The notes: generated from the sequence alone by a model not told the origin. A stretch of DNA of 64,000 nt from Mytilus trossulus (GCF_036588685.1 NC_086378.1:33976001-34040000); one strand, 5' to 3'; positions 1-16,603 are shown, counted from the stretch's first letter. Made by a program: numbers and translations.

Positions 1-98
1 AAATATCTGGCTTTCTTTTTAATTAACTTCCTTACTCTTACTCTTGTATTTATTTGAGAATTTATATTTCTGAAGGTTTATGAATACGTTCAAAGATC

Positions 99-156
99 AA
101 GTCCGTGCATTTGCCTACATGAAGAGAGAAAATTTCAAAACAAAATGCACGGACTT
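99..156. repeat. 14-bp perfect inverted repeat with 30-nt spacer
   Basis: AAGTCCGTGCATTT (99-112) and AAATGCACGGACTT (143-156). Confidence 0.9.
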
Positions 157-548
157 TTACACACAAAATCTGTAGATTCTGTTATATTCAATTATAGAGG
201 TTTTTTTTTGCGTGGTTTAAGATTAGGTAATGTTCTTGTTTCCGTGTAAAATAATTCTCGCAATATTTTTTTTCTCTCGAAAAGCAAAAGAAATCGTAAA
301 TTTATCAACTCTATTAATTGGAATGAAAGCACTGTTTTGTTCTTCATGATTTATGTATTTACGCTTTGTAGTTTTGACAGACAAATTAAATGCTACAGAA
401 TGAGTGAAATACACGTATATTTGTTATACAGATAGAAAGAAGAGAAAAGTAACCATATACTATTGAAATAGTTTGAAAGTGGTTATAGCTGGGGTTGGGA
501 TTATAGCTTTGTTTAGAAGTTTGACATTGATGTACAACAAATGTAAAT

Positions 549-584
549 TCTTTTTGAAAAATGTTGGTGGCCCTGAAAAGGGCC
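549..584 (-). promoter_or_regulatory. H2B histone 3' stem-loop (569-584) plus HDE
   Basis: GGCCCTTTTCAGGGCC-ACCAA then CAAAAAGA on minus strand. Confidence 0.97.
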
Positions 585-612
585 GTTTGTGAAGTTATAA
601 ACTTCAGACTGT

Positions 613-987
613 TTACTTGCTGCTGGTGTATTTAGTGACGGCTTTGGTACCTTCACTGACAGCGTGCTTGGCCAATTCTCCGGGTAAGAGAAGACGGACA
701 GCGGTCTGGATCTCCCGGGATGTGATGGTAGATCTTTTGTTGTAGTGTGCCAATCGGGAAGCCTCTGCTGCGATTCTCTCGAAGATATCGTTGACGAAGC
801 TGTTCATGATGGACATTGCCTTTGAGGACACTCCGGTGTCGGGGTGAACTTGTCTCAAGACTTTGTAGATGTAGATAGCATAGGATTCACGTCTCTTCCT
901 CCTCCTTTTCTTATCACCGCCGGGTCTGGCAGTCTTTGCCTTGGTGACGGCCTTCTTGGCTCCTTTAGTTCCTACTTTGGGTGGCAT
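613..987 (-). CDS. H2B: Histone H2B (124 aa; true start MPPKVGTK)
   Basis: [19 protein letters not shown]...[10 protein letters not shown]; ATG at 987, the ORF-track extension to 1035 starts at a non-ATG codon in the 5' flank. Confidence 0.99.
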   Translation of the reverse strand: MPPKVGTKGAKKAVTKAKTARPGGDKKRRRKRRESYAIYIYKVLRQVHPDTGVSSKAMSIMNSFVNDIFERIAAEASRLAHYNKRSTITSREIQTAVRLLLPGELAKHAVSEGTKAVTKYTSSK

Positions 988-1641
<654 letters not shown>

Positions 1642-1674
1642 AAAGTGGATATATCGGATTACTCACTTAACAAC

Positions 1675-1710
1675 GGCCCTTTTCAGGGCCACCAATATTT
1701 TTCAAAAAGA
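1675..1710 (+). promoter_or_regulatory. H2A histone 3' stem-loop (1675-1690) plus HDE (1703-1710)
   Basis: 6-bp stem, 4-nt loop SLBP site GGCCCTTTTCAGGGCC; purine-rich CAAAAAGA (U7 pairing site by analogy). Confidence 0.97.
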
Positions 1711-2267
1711 GTCTAAAATTGTTGTACATCTTAGTAATACTTTATTCCCCATACATAATTGAAAAAAATATATTCTACTACATAACAAATAAAAAATGTC
1801 TAAAATATAAATGTCCCTTCTTCCGTGATTCTTCTTTTCTTCTCTCTCTAACGCATCCCATTTAAGTACAGTTCTTATAGCATAACACTAAGTCTAGTAA
1901 CTTTTTCAGTCTTCTTCATCAGAACATTTATTGTCGTACTTTCTGACTCTTTGAACCCACAAGTAGCTCAGTTAAATCATATAATGTTTGTCGGGGGGAA
2001 AAAAAACCACTGATAGTATTTATATTTAATACTAGTCTGCTCTCTTCTTTCTCTCTCTTGGTTATTGATGCGAGCATGCTTAGATTCATCTGAGAAGGTG
2101 TGTGGTTTTTTTTTATTATTATAATTATTTATAGTTTTTGTTAACATTATCTCTTTCGTCAACACTTTTATATATGATATGTACTTTCCATTCTTTTCCT
2201 TTTTCCATTTTTTTCAGCATCTCTCTCTCTGTCTTTCTGTCTTTATTTAGTTATTGTTTGTGTATTA

Positions 2268-2362
2268 AAGATGTGGAATTGATGTAAGCACACCGACAAT
2301 CAGACAATGTGACAAATGTGCCCAGCCCAAATGAAAATCATACCACATCTTCTTTTTTTATA
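2268..2362. mobile_element. Possible short non-autonomous transposon relic
   Basis: AAGATGTGG...CCACATCTT inverted arms, internal degenerate GACAAT repeats; end ATCATACCACATCTTCTTTTTT resembles an abundant mussel interspersed repeat (recalled, not searched). Confidence 0.4.
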
Positions 2363-2732
2363 TTAAATATACATAAATATGACATAATACAACAATAAAG
2401 AAACTCAGCCGATCCGCACAATGTCATGTCGGGAATGTGTAATTCCATTTGTTTCTGTTTTTTTATTTTTATTTCGCTTTGTTTGTGTTATAACTGCATT
2501 TTATTTTTATTTTTTCCTGTTTTTATTTTTCGTTCCTTTCCTTAATGTTTCTGCATGTATTTTGACCTTTTTTCATTATTATTATTTTTCTTCTTCAGAT
2601 TTATCATATTGAAACCGTGACACTAATTTACTATTGTTGAGCTATGAGGGATGATCAGAAACTGTAATTATGAATGAAAAAAGGGGGCATTTTTACTGTC
2701 AGCTTGGGTTGAGCAGTTTTTCAGTAAAAAAT

Positions 2733-3338
<606 letters not shown>

Positions 3339-3367
3339 GAAGTGTGATTTTTTCACCAAAACATAAC

Positions 3368-3403
3368 GGCCCTTTTCAGGGCCACCAATATTTTTCAAAA
3401 AGA
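3368..3403 (+). promoter_or_regulatory. H3 histone 3' stem-loop (3368-3383) plus HDE
   Basis: Same stem-loop and CAAAAAGA. Confidence 0.97.
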
Positions 3404-4509
3404 ATCTATAAATTGTTGTACATGAAAATTAGAAACATAGCCGAACCCCTCTTTTCCCCATCTCTCTCTCTCTCTTTTATTTCTTCTTGTTGAATCCATC
3501 TATATGCAAAGCAATACATAGACAAAAAATAAATTTTATGATATATATATACACACAAGTCTCATCACAAAAAAAAGGGGGGTGTTTGTTTATCATGGTA
3601 CATGTATGTCCTTGTGTGTAGAATATTAAATAGTACATTATATAAAAAAAGATCAACATATAAATGTTTCTATCTGTACTTCTGTTCTTTTCTTTTCTTC
3701 GCTTGTTTTGTCTTGTCTTCTTTTGATGTATTATTTACACCAGTAGTCTAGACCAAAGAAAGAGAACCACCAACTGGCCAAAATATAACCTTTTTTTTTA
3801 AGTTAGAGTTTAAATATCTTGTATAATTCATTAATTTGAATATTTCTTTTAGAAAAGCTGATATTACAGGGTACTTTTATCAAAAATTTAGAGCTCTTTT
3901 TCAGTCAGAATTGTAAAGAATTTTTTTATCATGTATGTAGTAATATATTTTGTCCACTTTAGAGTCTTGTCTTGCTGCTAGTTAACAAAATCATGAAATT
4001 TCTATTTAAATTAATATAATTTCGGTACGGGTCCAAGTAGTCCCCACAAAATTTCAATGTAGGAAGTCCATGTAAGCATATATCTTGCACTTATAAGCTT
4101 TTTTATATGATAAAAAGTGGTTTTCAGACTTATTATAAACTTTTCTGGCTAAAAGAAGTCTTCAGAATAGTAAGTACATGTGTGCGCATTAACATTTTTA
4201 TTGGATTGGCTGATGAAATTGTCATCGTCATACTGTGGATAAATATAGAATGGCGTTTAAAAATAAAATTGAAAGGAAGATGCACACATAAGAAGTTTTA
4301 CCCGCAGTCAGGGGCATCTCTTTTCTTCACTGTAATACCTAGAAAAAAAAATCTTTAATAGTAATAACAGTAACAGTTTTATTCATACATTCTCCCATTT
4401 ATGATCTGAAGTACCTGCAGCAGATCGTTGATGGATGGCAAGCACAGCTTTGACAGATGATGTTGAGTTATGAAAGACAGGTAGAAAACTGCAAGCATGT
4501 AAAATCCTG

Positions 4510-4536
4510 TGATGTATCCAATTTCTGGATACATCA
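4510..4536. repeat. 11-bp perfect hairpin, 5-nt loop
   Basis: TGATGTATCCA atttc TGGATACATCA. Confidence 0.9.
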
Positions 4537-4877
4537 AATAGACAAATAGATAACCAGTATTCCTAGATATGTCTGTGAGGTTTATTTTTTCCCCAACTAA
4601 ATTCCATTCCATTAAGTTGAAATGTGTATTGTCATTGAATGAAAATGTCTGTTCAGAGAAAGCAAATAATTATCTTTATAATTTTGACTGTCTAAAGTGA
4701 TTTTCATTTATCATTTATTTATCATACTATTCTATCTTAAAATGAAAACTTTTCAACATTTTGGAACTTTTTTTGTCTCCTTCAGTCATTTTTATTCCGA
4801 TTGAAATAATAGTTTTTTCTTAAAAATTTACTGTCTGATATGAATTATTATATTTTTCAGACCTAGAATGAAAAAGT

Positions 4878-5373
<496 letters not shown>

Positions 5374-5399
5374 ACAGCCACCCAGCTAATATCAACAAC

Positions 5400-5435
5400 G
5401 GCCCTTTTCAGGGCCACCAACATTTTTCAAAAAGA
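5400..5435 (+). promoter_or_regulatory. H4 histone 3' stem-loop (5400-5415) plus HDE
   Basis: Same stem-loop and CAAAAAGA. Confidence 0.97.
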
Positions 5436-5587
5436 ATCTTAGATTTGTTGTACATCGTTTTAAACAAAATCTTGAAATCAAAGCTTGCTCCCACTTCTAT
5501 TCTTTTCTCTAATGTTCATGAATTTTTCAACCGTTTTTCTTGTTTTCCCTGATCCTGATCCGCAACTATTTTCTCTCTCTCGTTATA

Positions 5588-5614
5588 CCCCCCCCCCCCC
5601 CCCTTTTTTTTTTT
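5588..5614. repeat. C16-T11 homopolymer tract between convergent H4 and H2B 3' ends
   Basis: Direct reading; length varies by 1-2 nt among units. Confidence 0.95.
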
Positions 5615-6226
5615 AAATATCTGGCTTTCTTTTTAATTAACTTCCTTACTCTTACTCTTGTATTTATTTGAGAATTTATATTTCTGAAGGTTTATGAATA
5701 CGTTCAAAGATCAAGTCCGTGCATTTGCCTACATGAAGAGAGAAAATTTCAAAACAAAATGCACGGACTTTTACACACAAAATCTGTAGATTCTGTTATA
5801 TTCAATTATAGAGGTTTTTTTTGCGTGGTTTAAGATTAGGTAATGTTCTTGTTTCCGTGTAAAATAATTCTCGCAATATTTTTTTTCTCTCGAAAAGCAA
5901 AAGAAATCGTAAATTTATCAACTCTATTAATTGGAATGAAAGCACTGTTTTGTTCTTCATGATTTATGTATTTACGCTTTGTAGTTTTGACAGACAAATT
6001 AAATGCTACAGAATGAGTGAAATACACGTATATTTGTTATACAGATAGAAAGAAGAGAAAAGTAACCATATACTATTGAAATAGTTTGAAAGTGGTTATA
6101 GCTGGGGTTGGGATTTATAGCTTTGTTTAGAAGTTTGACATTGATGTACAACAAATGTAAATTCTTTTTGAAAAATGTTGGTGGCCCTGAAAAGGGCCGT
6201 TTGTGAAGTTATAAACTTCAGACTGT

Positions 6227-6601
6227 TTACTTGCTGCTGGTGTATTTAGTGACGGCTTTGGTACCTTCACTGACAGCGTGCTTGGCCAATTCTCCGGGTA
6301 AGAGAAGACGGACAGCGGTCTGGATCTCCCGGGATGTGATGGTAGATCTTTTGTTGTAGTGTGCCAATCGGGAAGCCTCTGCTGCGATTCTCTCGAAGAT
6401 ATCGTTGACGAAGCTGTTCATGATGGACATTGCCTTTGAGGACACTCCGGTGTCGGGGTGAACTTGTCTCAAGACTTTGTAGATGTAGATAGCATAGGAT
6501 TCACGTCTCTTCCTCCTCCTTTTCTTATCACCGCCGGGTCTGGCAGTCTTTGCCTTGGTGACGGCCTTCTTGGCTCCTTTAGTTCCTACTTTGGGTGGCA
6601 T
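6227..6601 (-). CDS. H2B: Histone H2B
   Basis: Identical translation to first copy. Confidence 0.99.
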   Translation of the reverse strand: MPPKVGTKGAKKAVTKAKTARPGGDKKRRRKRRESYAIYIYKVLRQVHPDTGVSSKAMSIMNSFVNDIFERIAAEASRLAHYNKRSTITSREIQTAVRLLLPGELAKHAVSEGTKAVTKYTSSK

Positions 6602-6871
6602 GTTACTGGTTTGATAATCAAATAAGTAATGGTGAAAAATTATTTTCAATTTGTTTATATACTGGGCAAAACGGATTGAAAGATTTTATTAAACGCGAAC
6701 CTCGGAGAGAGCACCCATAACATGTTGAATGTTCGGTAGCCTAACTGCTCGCAGAGAGCTTCGTTCTGATTGGTGTATAATAAAAACATCGTTCAATCCG
6801 TTTAGTGGGTATATAAGCTAAATTTTGAAGAAAAATTGTATCACTTTACTCAGTGTCGATCAACCAAATAG

Positions 6872-7255
<384 letters not shown>

Positions 7256-8436
7256 AAAGTGGATATATCGGATTACTCACTTAACAACGGCCCTTTTCAG
7301 GGCCACCAATATTTTTCAAAAAGAGTCTAAAATTGTTGTACATCTTAGTAATACTTTATTCCCCATACATAATTGAAAAAAATATATTCTACTACATAAC
7401 AAATAAAAAATGTCTAAAATATAAATGTCCCTTCTTCCGTGATTCTTCTTTTCTTCTCTCTCTAACGCATCCCATTTAAGTACAGTTCTTATAGCATAAC
7501 ACTAAGTCTAGTAACTTTTTCAGTCTTCTTCATCAGAACATTTATTGTCGTACTTTCTGACTCTTTGAACCCACAAGTAGCTCAGTTAAATCATATAATG
7601 TTTGTCGGGGGGAAAAAAAACCACTGATAGTATTTATATTTAATACTAGTCTGCTCTCTTCTTTCTCTCTCTTGGTTATTGATGCGAGCATGCTTAGATT
7701 CATCTGAGAAGGTGTGTGGTTTTTTTTTATTATTATAATTATTTATAGTTTTTGTTAACATTATCTCTTTCGTCAACACTTTTATATATGATATGTACTT
7801 TCCATTCTTTTCCTTTTTCCATTTTTTTCAGCATCTCTCTCTCTGTCTTTCTGTCTTTATTTAGTTATTGTTTGTGTATTAAAGATGTGGAATTGATGTA
7901 AGCACACCGACAATCAGACAATGTGACAAATGTGCCCAGCCCAAATGAAAATCATACCACATCTTCTTTTTTTATATTAAATATACATAAATATGACATA
8001 ATACAACAATAAAGAAACTCAGCCGATCCGCACAATGTCATGTCGGGAATGTGTAATTCCATTTGTTTCTGTTTTTTTATTTTTATTTCGCTTTGTTTGT
8101 GTTATAACTGCATTTTATTTTTATTTTTTCCTGTTTTTATTTTTCGTTCCTTTCCTTAATGTTTCTGCATGTATTTTGACCTTTTTTCATTATTATTATT
8201 TTTCTTCTTCAGATTTATCATATTGAAACCGTGACACTAATTTACTATTGTTGAGCTATGAGGGATGATCAGAAACTGTAATTATGAATGAAAAAAGGGG
8301 GCATTTTTACTGTCAGCTTGGGTTGAGCAGTTTTTCAGTAAAAAATGGATTGAAAACTGTCAAAGTCCCTTACAAATCAGTCCAATCAGATTTAAGATAT
8401 GCGGACCAATCAACGCCAGCTTTATGTAAGTGGTGA

Positions 8437-8952
<516 letters not shown>

Positions 8953-10669
8953 GAAGTGTGATTTTTTCACCAAAACATAACGGCCCTTTTCAGGGCCACC
9001 AATATTTTTCAAAAAGAATCTATAAATTGTTGTACATGAAAATTAGAAACATAGCCGAACCCCTCTTTTCCCCATCTCTCTCTCTCTCTTTTATTTCTTC
9101 TTGTTGAATCCATCTATATGCAAAGCAATACATAGACAAAAAATAAATTTTATGATATATATATACACACAAGTCTCATCACAAAAAAAAGGGGGGTGTT
9201 TGTTTATCATGGTACATGTATGTCCTTGTGTGTAGAATATTAAATAGTACATTATATAAAAAAAGATCAACATATAAATGTTTCTATCTGTACTTCTGTT
9301 CTTTTCTTTTCTTCGCTTGTTTTGTCTTGTCTTCTTTTGATGTATTATTTACACCAGTAGTCTAGACCAAAGAAAGAGAACCACCAACTGGCCAAAATAT
9401 AACCTTTTTTTTTAAGTTAGAGTTTAAATATCTTGTATAATTCATTAATTTGAATATTTCTTTTAGAAAAGCTGATATTACAGGGTACTTTTATCAAAAA
9501 TTTAGAGCTCTTTTTCAGTCAGAATTGTAAAGAATTTTTTTATCATGTATGTAGTAATATATTTTGTCCACTTTAGAGTCTTGTCTTGCTGCTAGTTAAC
9601 AAAATCATGAAATTTCTATTTAAATTAATATAATTTCGGTACGGGTCCAAGTAGTCCCCACAAAATTTCAATGTAGGAAGTCCATGTAAGCATATATCTT
9701 GCACTTATAAGCTTTTTTATATGATAAAAAGTGGTTTTCAGACTTATTATAAACTTTTCTGGCTAAAAGAAGTCTTCAGAATAGTAAGTACATGTGTGCG
9801 CATTAACATTTTTATTGGATTGGCTGATGAAATTGTCATCGTCATACTGTGGATAAATATAGAATGGCGTTTAAAAATAAAATTGAAAGGAAGATGCACA
9901 CATAAGAAGTTTTACCCGCAGTCAGGGGCATCTCTTTTCTTCACTGTAATACCTAGAAAAAAAAATCTTTAATAGTAATAACAGTAACAGTTTTATTCAT
10001 ACATTCTCCCATTTATGATCTGAAGTACCTGCAGCAGATCGTTGATGGATGGCAAGCACAGCTTTGACAGATGATGTTGAGTTATGAAAGACAGGTAGAA
10101 AACTGCAAGCATGTAAAATCCTGTGATGTATCCAATTTCTGGATACATCAAATAGACAAATAGATAACCAGTATTCCTAGATATGTCTGTGAGGTTTATT
10201 TTTTCCCCAACTAAATTCCATTCCATTAAGTTGAAATGTGTATTGTCATTGAATGAAAATGTCTGTTCAGAGAAAGCAAATAATTATCTTTATAATTTTG
10301 ACTGTCTAAAGTGATTTTCATTTATCATTTATTTATCATACTATTCTATCTTAAAATGAAAACTTTTCAACATTTTGGAACTTTTTTTGTCTCCTTCAGT
10401 CATTTTTATTCCGATTGAAATAATAGTTTTTTCTTAAAAATTTACTGTCTGATATGAATTATTATATTTTTCAGACCTAGAATGAAAAAGTGGATTGAAA
10501 GTGTACACAGTTTAAGGCAGTACAGAGTTACCTCCCGGAATAAAACAACGTAAGCCAATCAGACAACAGTTAACTGAAAATGTGTGATACTTCTTTTACG
10601 GCCGCGTTGGTGATATATAAAGAGTCGCTGTTAGACGGAAAGTATTATTTAACTAATCACCACAAATAG

Positions 10670-10987
<318 letters not shown>

Positions 10988-11842
10988 ACAGCCACCCAGC
11001 TAATATCAACAACGGCCCTTTTCAGGGCCACCAACATTTTTCAAAAAGAATCTTAGATTTGTTGTACATCGTTTTAAACAAAATCTTGAAATCAAAGCTT
11101 GCTCCCACTTCTATTCTTTTCTCTAATGTTCATGAATTTTTCAACCGTTTTTCTTGTTTTCCCTGATCCTGATCCGCAACTATTTTCTCTCTCTCGTTAT
11201 ACACCCCCCCCCCCCCCCCTTTTTTTTTTTAAATATCTGGCTTTCTTTTTAATTAACTTCCTTACTCTTACTCTTGTATTTATTTGAGAATTTATATTTC
11301 TGAAGGTTTATGAATACGTTCAAAGATCAAGTCCGTGCATTTGCCTACATGAAGAGAGAAAATTTCAAAACAAAATGCACGGACTTTTACACACAAAATC
11401 TGTAGATTCTGTTATATTCAATTATAGAGGTTTTTTTTGCGTGGTTTAAGATTAGGTAATGTTCTTGTTTCCGTGTAAAATAATTCTCGCAATATTTTTT
11501 TTCTCTCGAAAAGCAAAAGAAATCGTAAATTTATCAACTCTATTAATTGGAATGAAAGCACTGTTTTGTTCTTCATGATTTATGTATTTACGCTTTGTAG
11601 TTTTGACAGACAAATTAAATGCTACAGAATGAGTGAAATACACGTATATTTGTTATACAGATAGAAAGAAGAGAAAAGTAACCATATACTATTGAAATAG
11701 TTTGAAAGTGGTTATAGCTGGGGTTGGGATTTATAGCTTTGTTTAGAAGTTTGACATTGATGTACAACAAATGTAAATTCTTTTTGAAAAATGTTGGTGG
11801 CCCTGAAAAGGGCCGTTTGTGAAGTTATAAACTTCAGACTGT

Positions 11843-12217
11843 TTACTTGCTGCTGGTGTATTTAGTGACGGCTTTGGTACCTTCACTGACAGCGTGCTTG
11901 GCCAATTCTCCGGGTAAGAGAAGACGGACAGCGGTCTGGATCTCCCGGGATGTGATGGTAGATCTTTTGTTGTAGTGTGCCAATCGGGAAGCCTCTGCTG
12001 CGATTCTCTCGAAGATATCGTTGACGAAGCTGTTCATGATGGACATTGCCTTTGAGGACACTCCGGTGTCGGGGTGAACTTGTCTCAAGACTTTGTAGAT
12101 GTAGATAGCATAGGATTCACGTCTCTTCCTCCTCCTTTTCTTATCACCGCCGGGTCTGGCAGTCTTTGCCTTGGTGACGGCCTTCTTGGCTCCTTTAGTT
12201 CCTACTTTGGGTGGCAT
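11843..12217 (-). CDS. H2B: Histone H2B
   Basis: Identical translation. Confidence 0.99.
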   Translation of the reverse strand: MPPKVGTKGAKKAVTKAKTARPGGDKKRRRKRRESYAIYIYKVLRQVHPDTGVSSKAMSIMNSFVNDIFERIAAEASRLAHYNKRSTITSREIQTAVRLLLPGELAKHAVSEGTKAVTKYTSSK

Positions 12218-12487
12218 GTTACTGGTTTGATAATCAAATAAGTAATGGTGAAAAATTATTTTCAATTTGTTTATATACTGGGCAAAACGGATTGAAAGAT
12301 TTTATTAAACGCGAACCTCGGAGAGAGCACCCATAACATGTTGAATGTTCGGTAGCCTAACTGCTCGCAGAGAGCTTCGTTCTGATTGGTGTATAATAAA
12401 AACATCGTTCAATCCGTTTAGTGGGTATATAAGCTAAATTTTGAAGAAAAATTGTATCACTTTACTCAGTGTCGATCAACCAAATAG

Positions 12488-12871
<384 letters not shown>

Positions 12872-14052
12872 AAAGTGGATATATCGGATTACTCACTTAA
12901 CAACGGCCCTTTTCAGGGCCACCAATATTTTTCAAAAAGAGTCTAAAATTGTTGTACATCTTAGTAATACTTTATTCCCCATACATAATTGAAAAAAATA
13001 TATTCTACTACATAACAAATAAAAAATGTCTAAAATATAAATGTCCCTTCTTCCGTGATTCTTCTTTTCTTCTCTCTCTAACGCATCCCATTTAAGTACA
13101 GTTCTTATAGCATAACACTAAGTCTAGTAACTTTTTCAGTCTTCTTCATCAGAACATTTATTGTCGTACTTTCTGACTCTTTGAACCCACAAGTAGCTCA
13201 GTTAAATCATATAATGTTTGTCGGGGGGAAAAAAAACCACTGATAGTATTTATATTTAATACTAGTCTGCTCTCTTCTTTCTCTCTCTTGGTTATTGATG
13301 CGAGCATGCTTAGATTCATCTGAGAAGGTGTGTGGTTTTTTTTTATTATTATAATTATTTATAGTTTTTGTTAACATTATCTCTTTCGTCAACACTTTTA
13401 TATATGATATGTACTTTCCATTCTTTTCCTTTTTCCATTTTTTTCAGCATCTCTCTCTCTGTCTTTCTGTCTTTATTTAGTTATTGTTTGTGTATTAAAG
13501 ATGTGGAATTGATGTAAGCACACCGACAATCAGACAATGTGACAAATGTGCCCAGCCCAAATGAAAATCATACCACATCTTCTTTTTTTATATTAAATAT
13601 ACATAAATATGACATAATACAACAATAAAGAAACTCAGCCGATCCGCACAATGTCATGTCGGGAATGTGTAATTCCATTTGTTTCTGTTTTTTTATTTTT
13701 ATTTCGCTTTGTTTGTGTTATAACTGCATTTTATTTTTATTTTTTCCTGTTTTTATTTTTCGTTCCTTTCCTTAATGTTTCTGCATGTATTTTGACCTTT
13801 TTTCATTATTATTATTTTTCTTCTTCAGATTTATCATATTGAAACCGTGACACTAATTTACTATTGTTGAGCTATGAGGGATGATCAGAAACTGTAATTA
13901 TGAATGAAAAAAGGGGGCATTTTTACTGTCAGCTTGGGTTGAGCAGTTTTTCAGTAAAAAATGGATTGAAAACTGTCAAAGTCCCTTACAAATCAGTCCA
14001 ATCAGATTTAAGATATGCGGACCAATCAACGCCAGCTTTATGTAAGTGGTGA

Positions 14053-14568
<516 letters not shown>

Positions 14569-16285
14569 GAAGTGTGATTTTTTCACCAAAACATAACGGC
14601 CCTTTTCAGGGCCACCAATATTTTTCAAAAAGAATCTATAAATTGTTGTACATGAAAATTAGAAACATAGCCGAACCCCTCTTTTCCCCATCTCTCTCTC
14701 TCTCTTTTATTTCTTCTTGTTGAATCCATCTATATGCAAAGCAATACATAGACAAAAAATAAATTTTATGATATATATATACACACAAGTCTCATCACAA
14801 AAAAAAGGGGGGTGTTTGTTTATCATGGTACATGTATGTCCTTGTGTGTAGAATATTAAATAGTACATTATATAAAAAAAGATCAACATATAAATGTTTC
14901 TATCTGTACTTCTGTTCTTTTCTTTTCTTCGCTTGTTTTGTCTTGTCTTCTTTTGATGTATTATTTACACCAGTAGTCTAGACCAAAGAAAGAGAACCAC
15001 CAACTGGCCAAAATATAACCTTTTTTTTTAAGTTAGAGTTTAAATATCTTGTATAATTCATTAATTTGAATATTTCTTTTAGAAAAGCTGATATTACAGG
15101 GTACTTTTATCAAAAATTTAGAGCTCTTTTTCAGTCAGAATTGTAAAGAATTTTTTTATCATGTATGTAGTAATATATTTTGTCCACTTTAGAGTCTTGT
15201 CTTGCTGCTAGTTAACAAAATCATGAAATTTCTATTTAAATTAATATAATTTCGGTACGGGTCCAAGTAGTCCCCACAAAATTTCAATGTAGGAAGTCCA
15301 TGTAAGCATATATCTTGCACTTATAAGCTTTTTTATATGATAAAAAGTGGTTTTCAGACTTATTATAAACTTTTCTGGCTAAAAGAAGTCTTCAGAATAG
15401 TAAGTACATGTGTGCGCATTAACATTTTTATTGGATTGGCTGATGAAATTGTCATCGTCATACTGTGGATAAATATAGAATGGCGTTTAAAAATAAAATT
15501 GAAAGGAAGATGCACACATAAGAAGTTTTACCCGCAGTCAGGGGCATCTCTTTTCTTCACTGTAATACCTAGAAAAAAAAATCTTTAATAGTAATAACAG
15601 TAACAGTTTTATTCATACATTCTCCCATTTATGATCTGAAGTACCTGCAGCAGATCGTTGATGGATGGCAAGCACAGCTTTGACAGATGATGTTGAGTTA
15701 TGAAAGACAGGTAGAAAACTGCAAGCATGTAAAATCCTGTGATGTATCCAATTTCTGGATACATCAAATAGACAAATAGATAACCAGTATTCCTAGATAT
15801 GTCTGTGAGGTTTATTTTTTCCCCAACTAAATTCCATTCCATTAAGTTGAAATGTGTATTGTCATTGAATGAAAATGTCTGTTCAGAGAAAGCAAATAAT
15901 TATCTTTATAATTTTGACTGTCTAAAGTGATTTTCATTTATCATTTATTTATCATACTATTCTATCTTAAAATGAAAACTTTTCAACATTTTGGAACTTT
16001 TTTTGTCTCCTTCAGTCATTTTTATTCCGATTGAAATAATAGTTTTTTCTTAAAAATTTACTGTCTGATATGAATTATTATATTTTTCAGACCTAGAATG
16101 AAAAAGTGGATTGAAAGTGTACACAGTTTAAGGCAGTACAGAGTTACCTCCCGGAATAAAACAACGTAAGCCAATCAGACAACAGTTAACTGAAAATGTG
16201 TGATACTTCTTTTACGGCCGCGTTGGTGATATATAAAGAGTCGCTGTTAGACGGAAAGTATTATTTAACTAATCACCACAAATAG

Positions 16286-16603
<318 letters not shown>

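Noticed and set aside
1788-1793. AATAAA downstream of H2A (also 3528-3533 after H3) as poly(A) signals
   Set aside because: Expected by chance in such AT-rich spacer and not at a fixed distance; needs 3'-end data
3888-3920. AGAGCTCTTTTTCAG resembling the 5' part of U7 snRNA, complementary to the HDE
   Set aside because: No AAUUUGUCUAG-type Sm site or 3' hairpin follows; short AT-rich match
4210-4410. TGATGA ... CTGA as a box C/D snoRNA
   Set aside because: Boxes too far apart, no terminal stem or rRNA-complementary guide recognised
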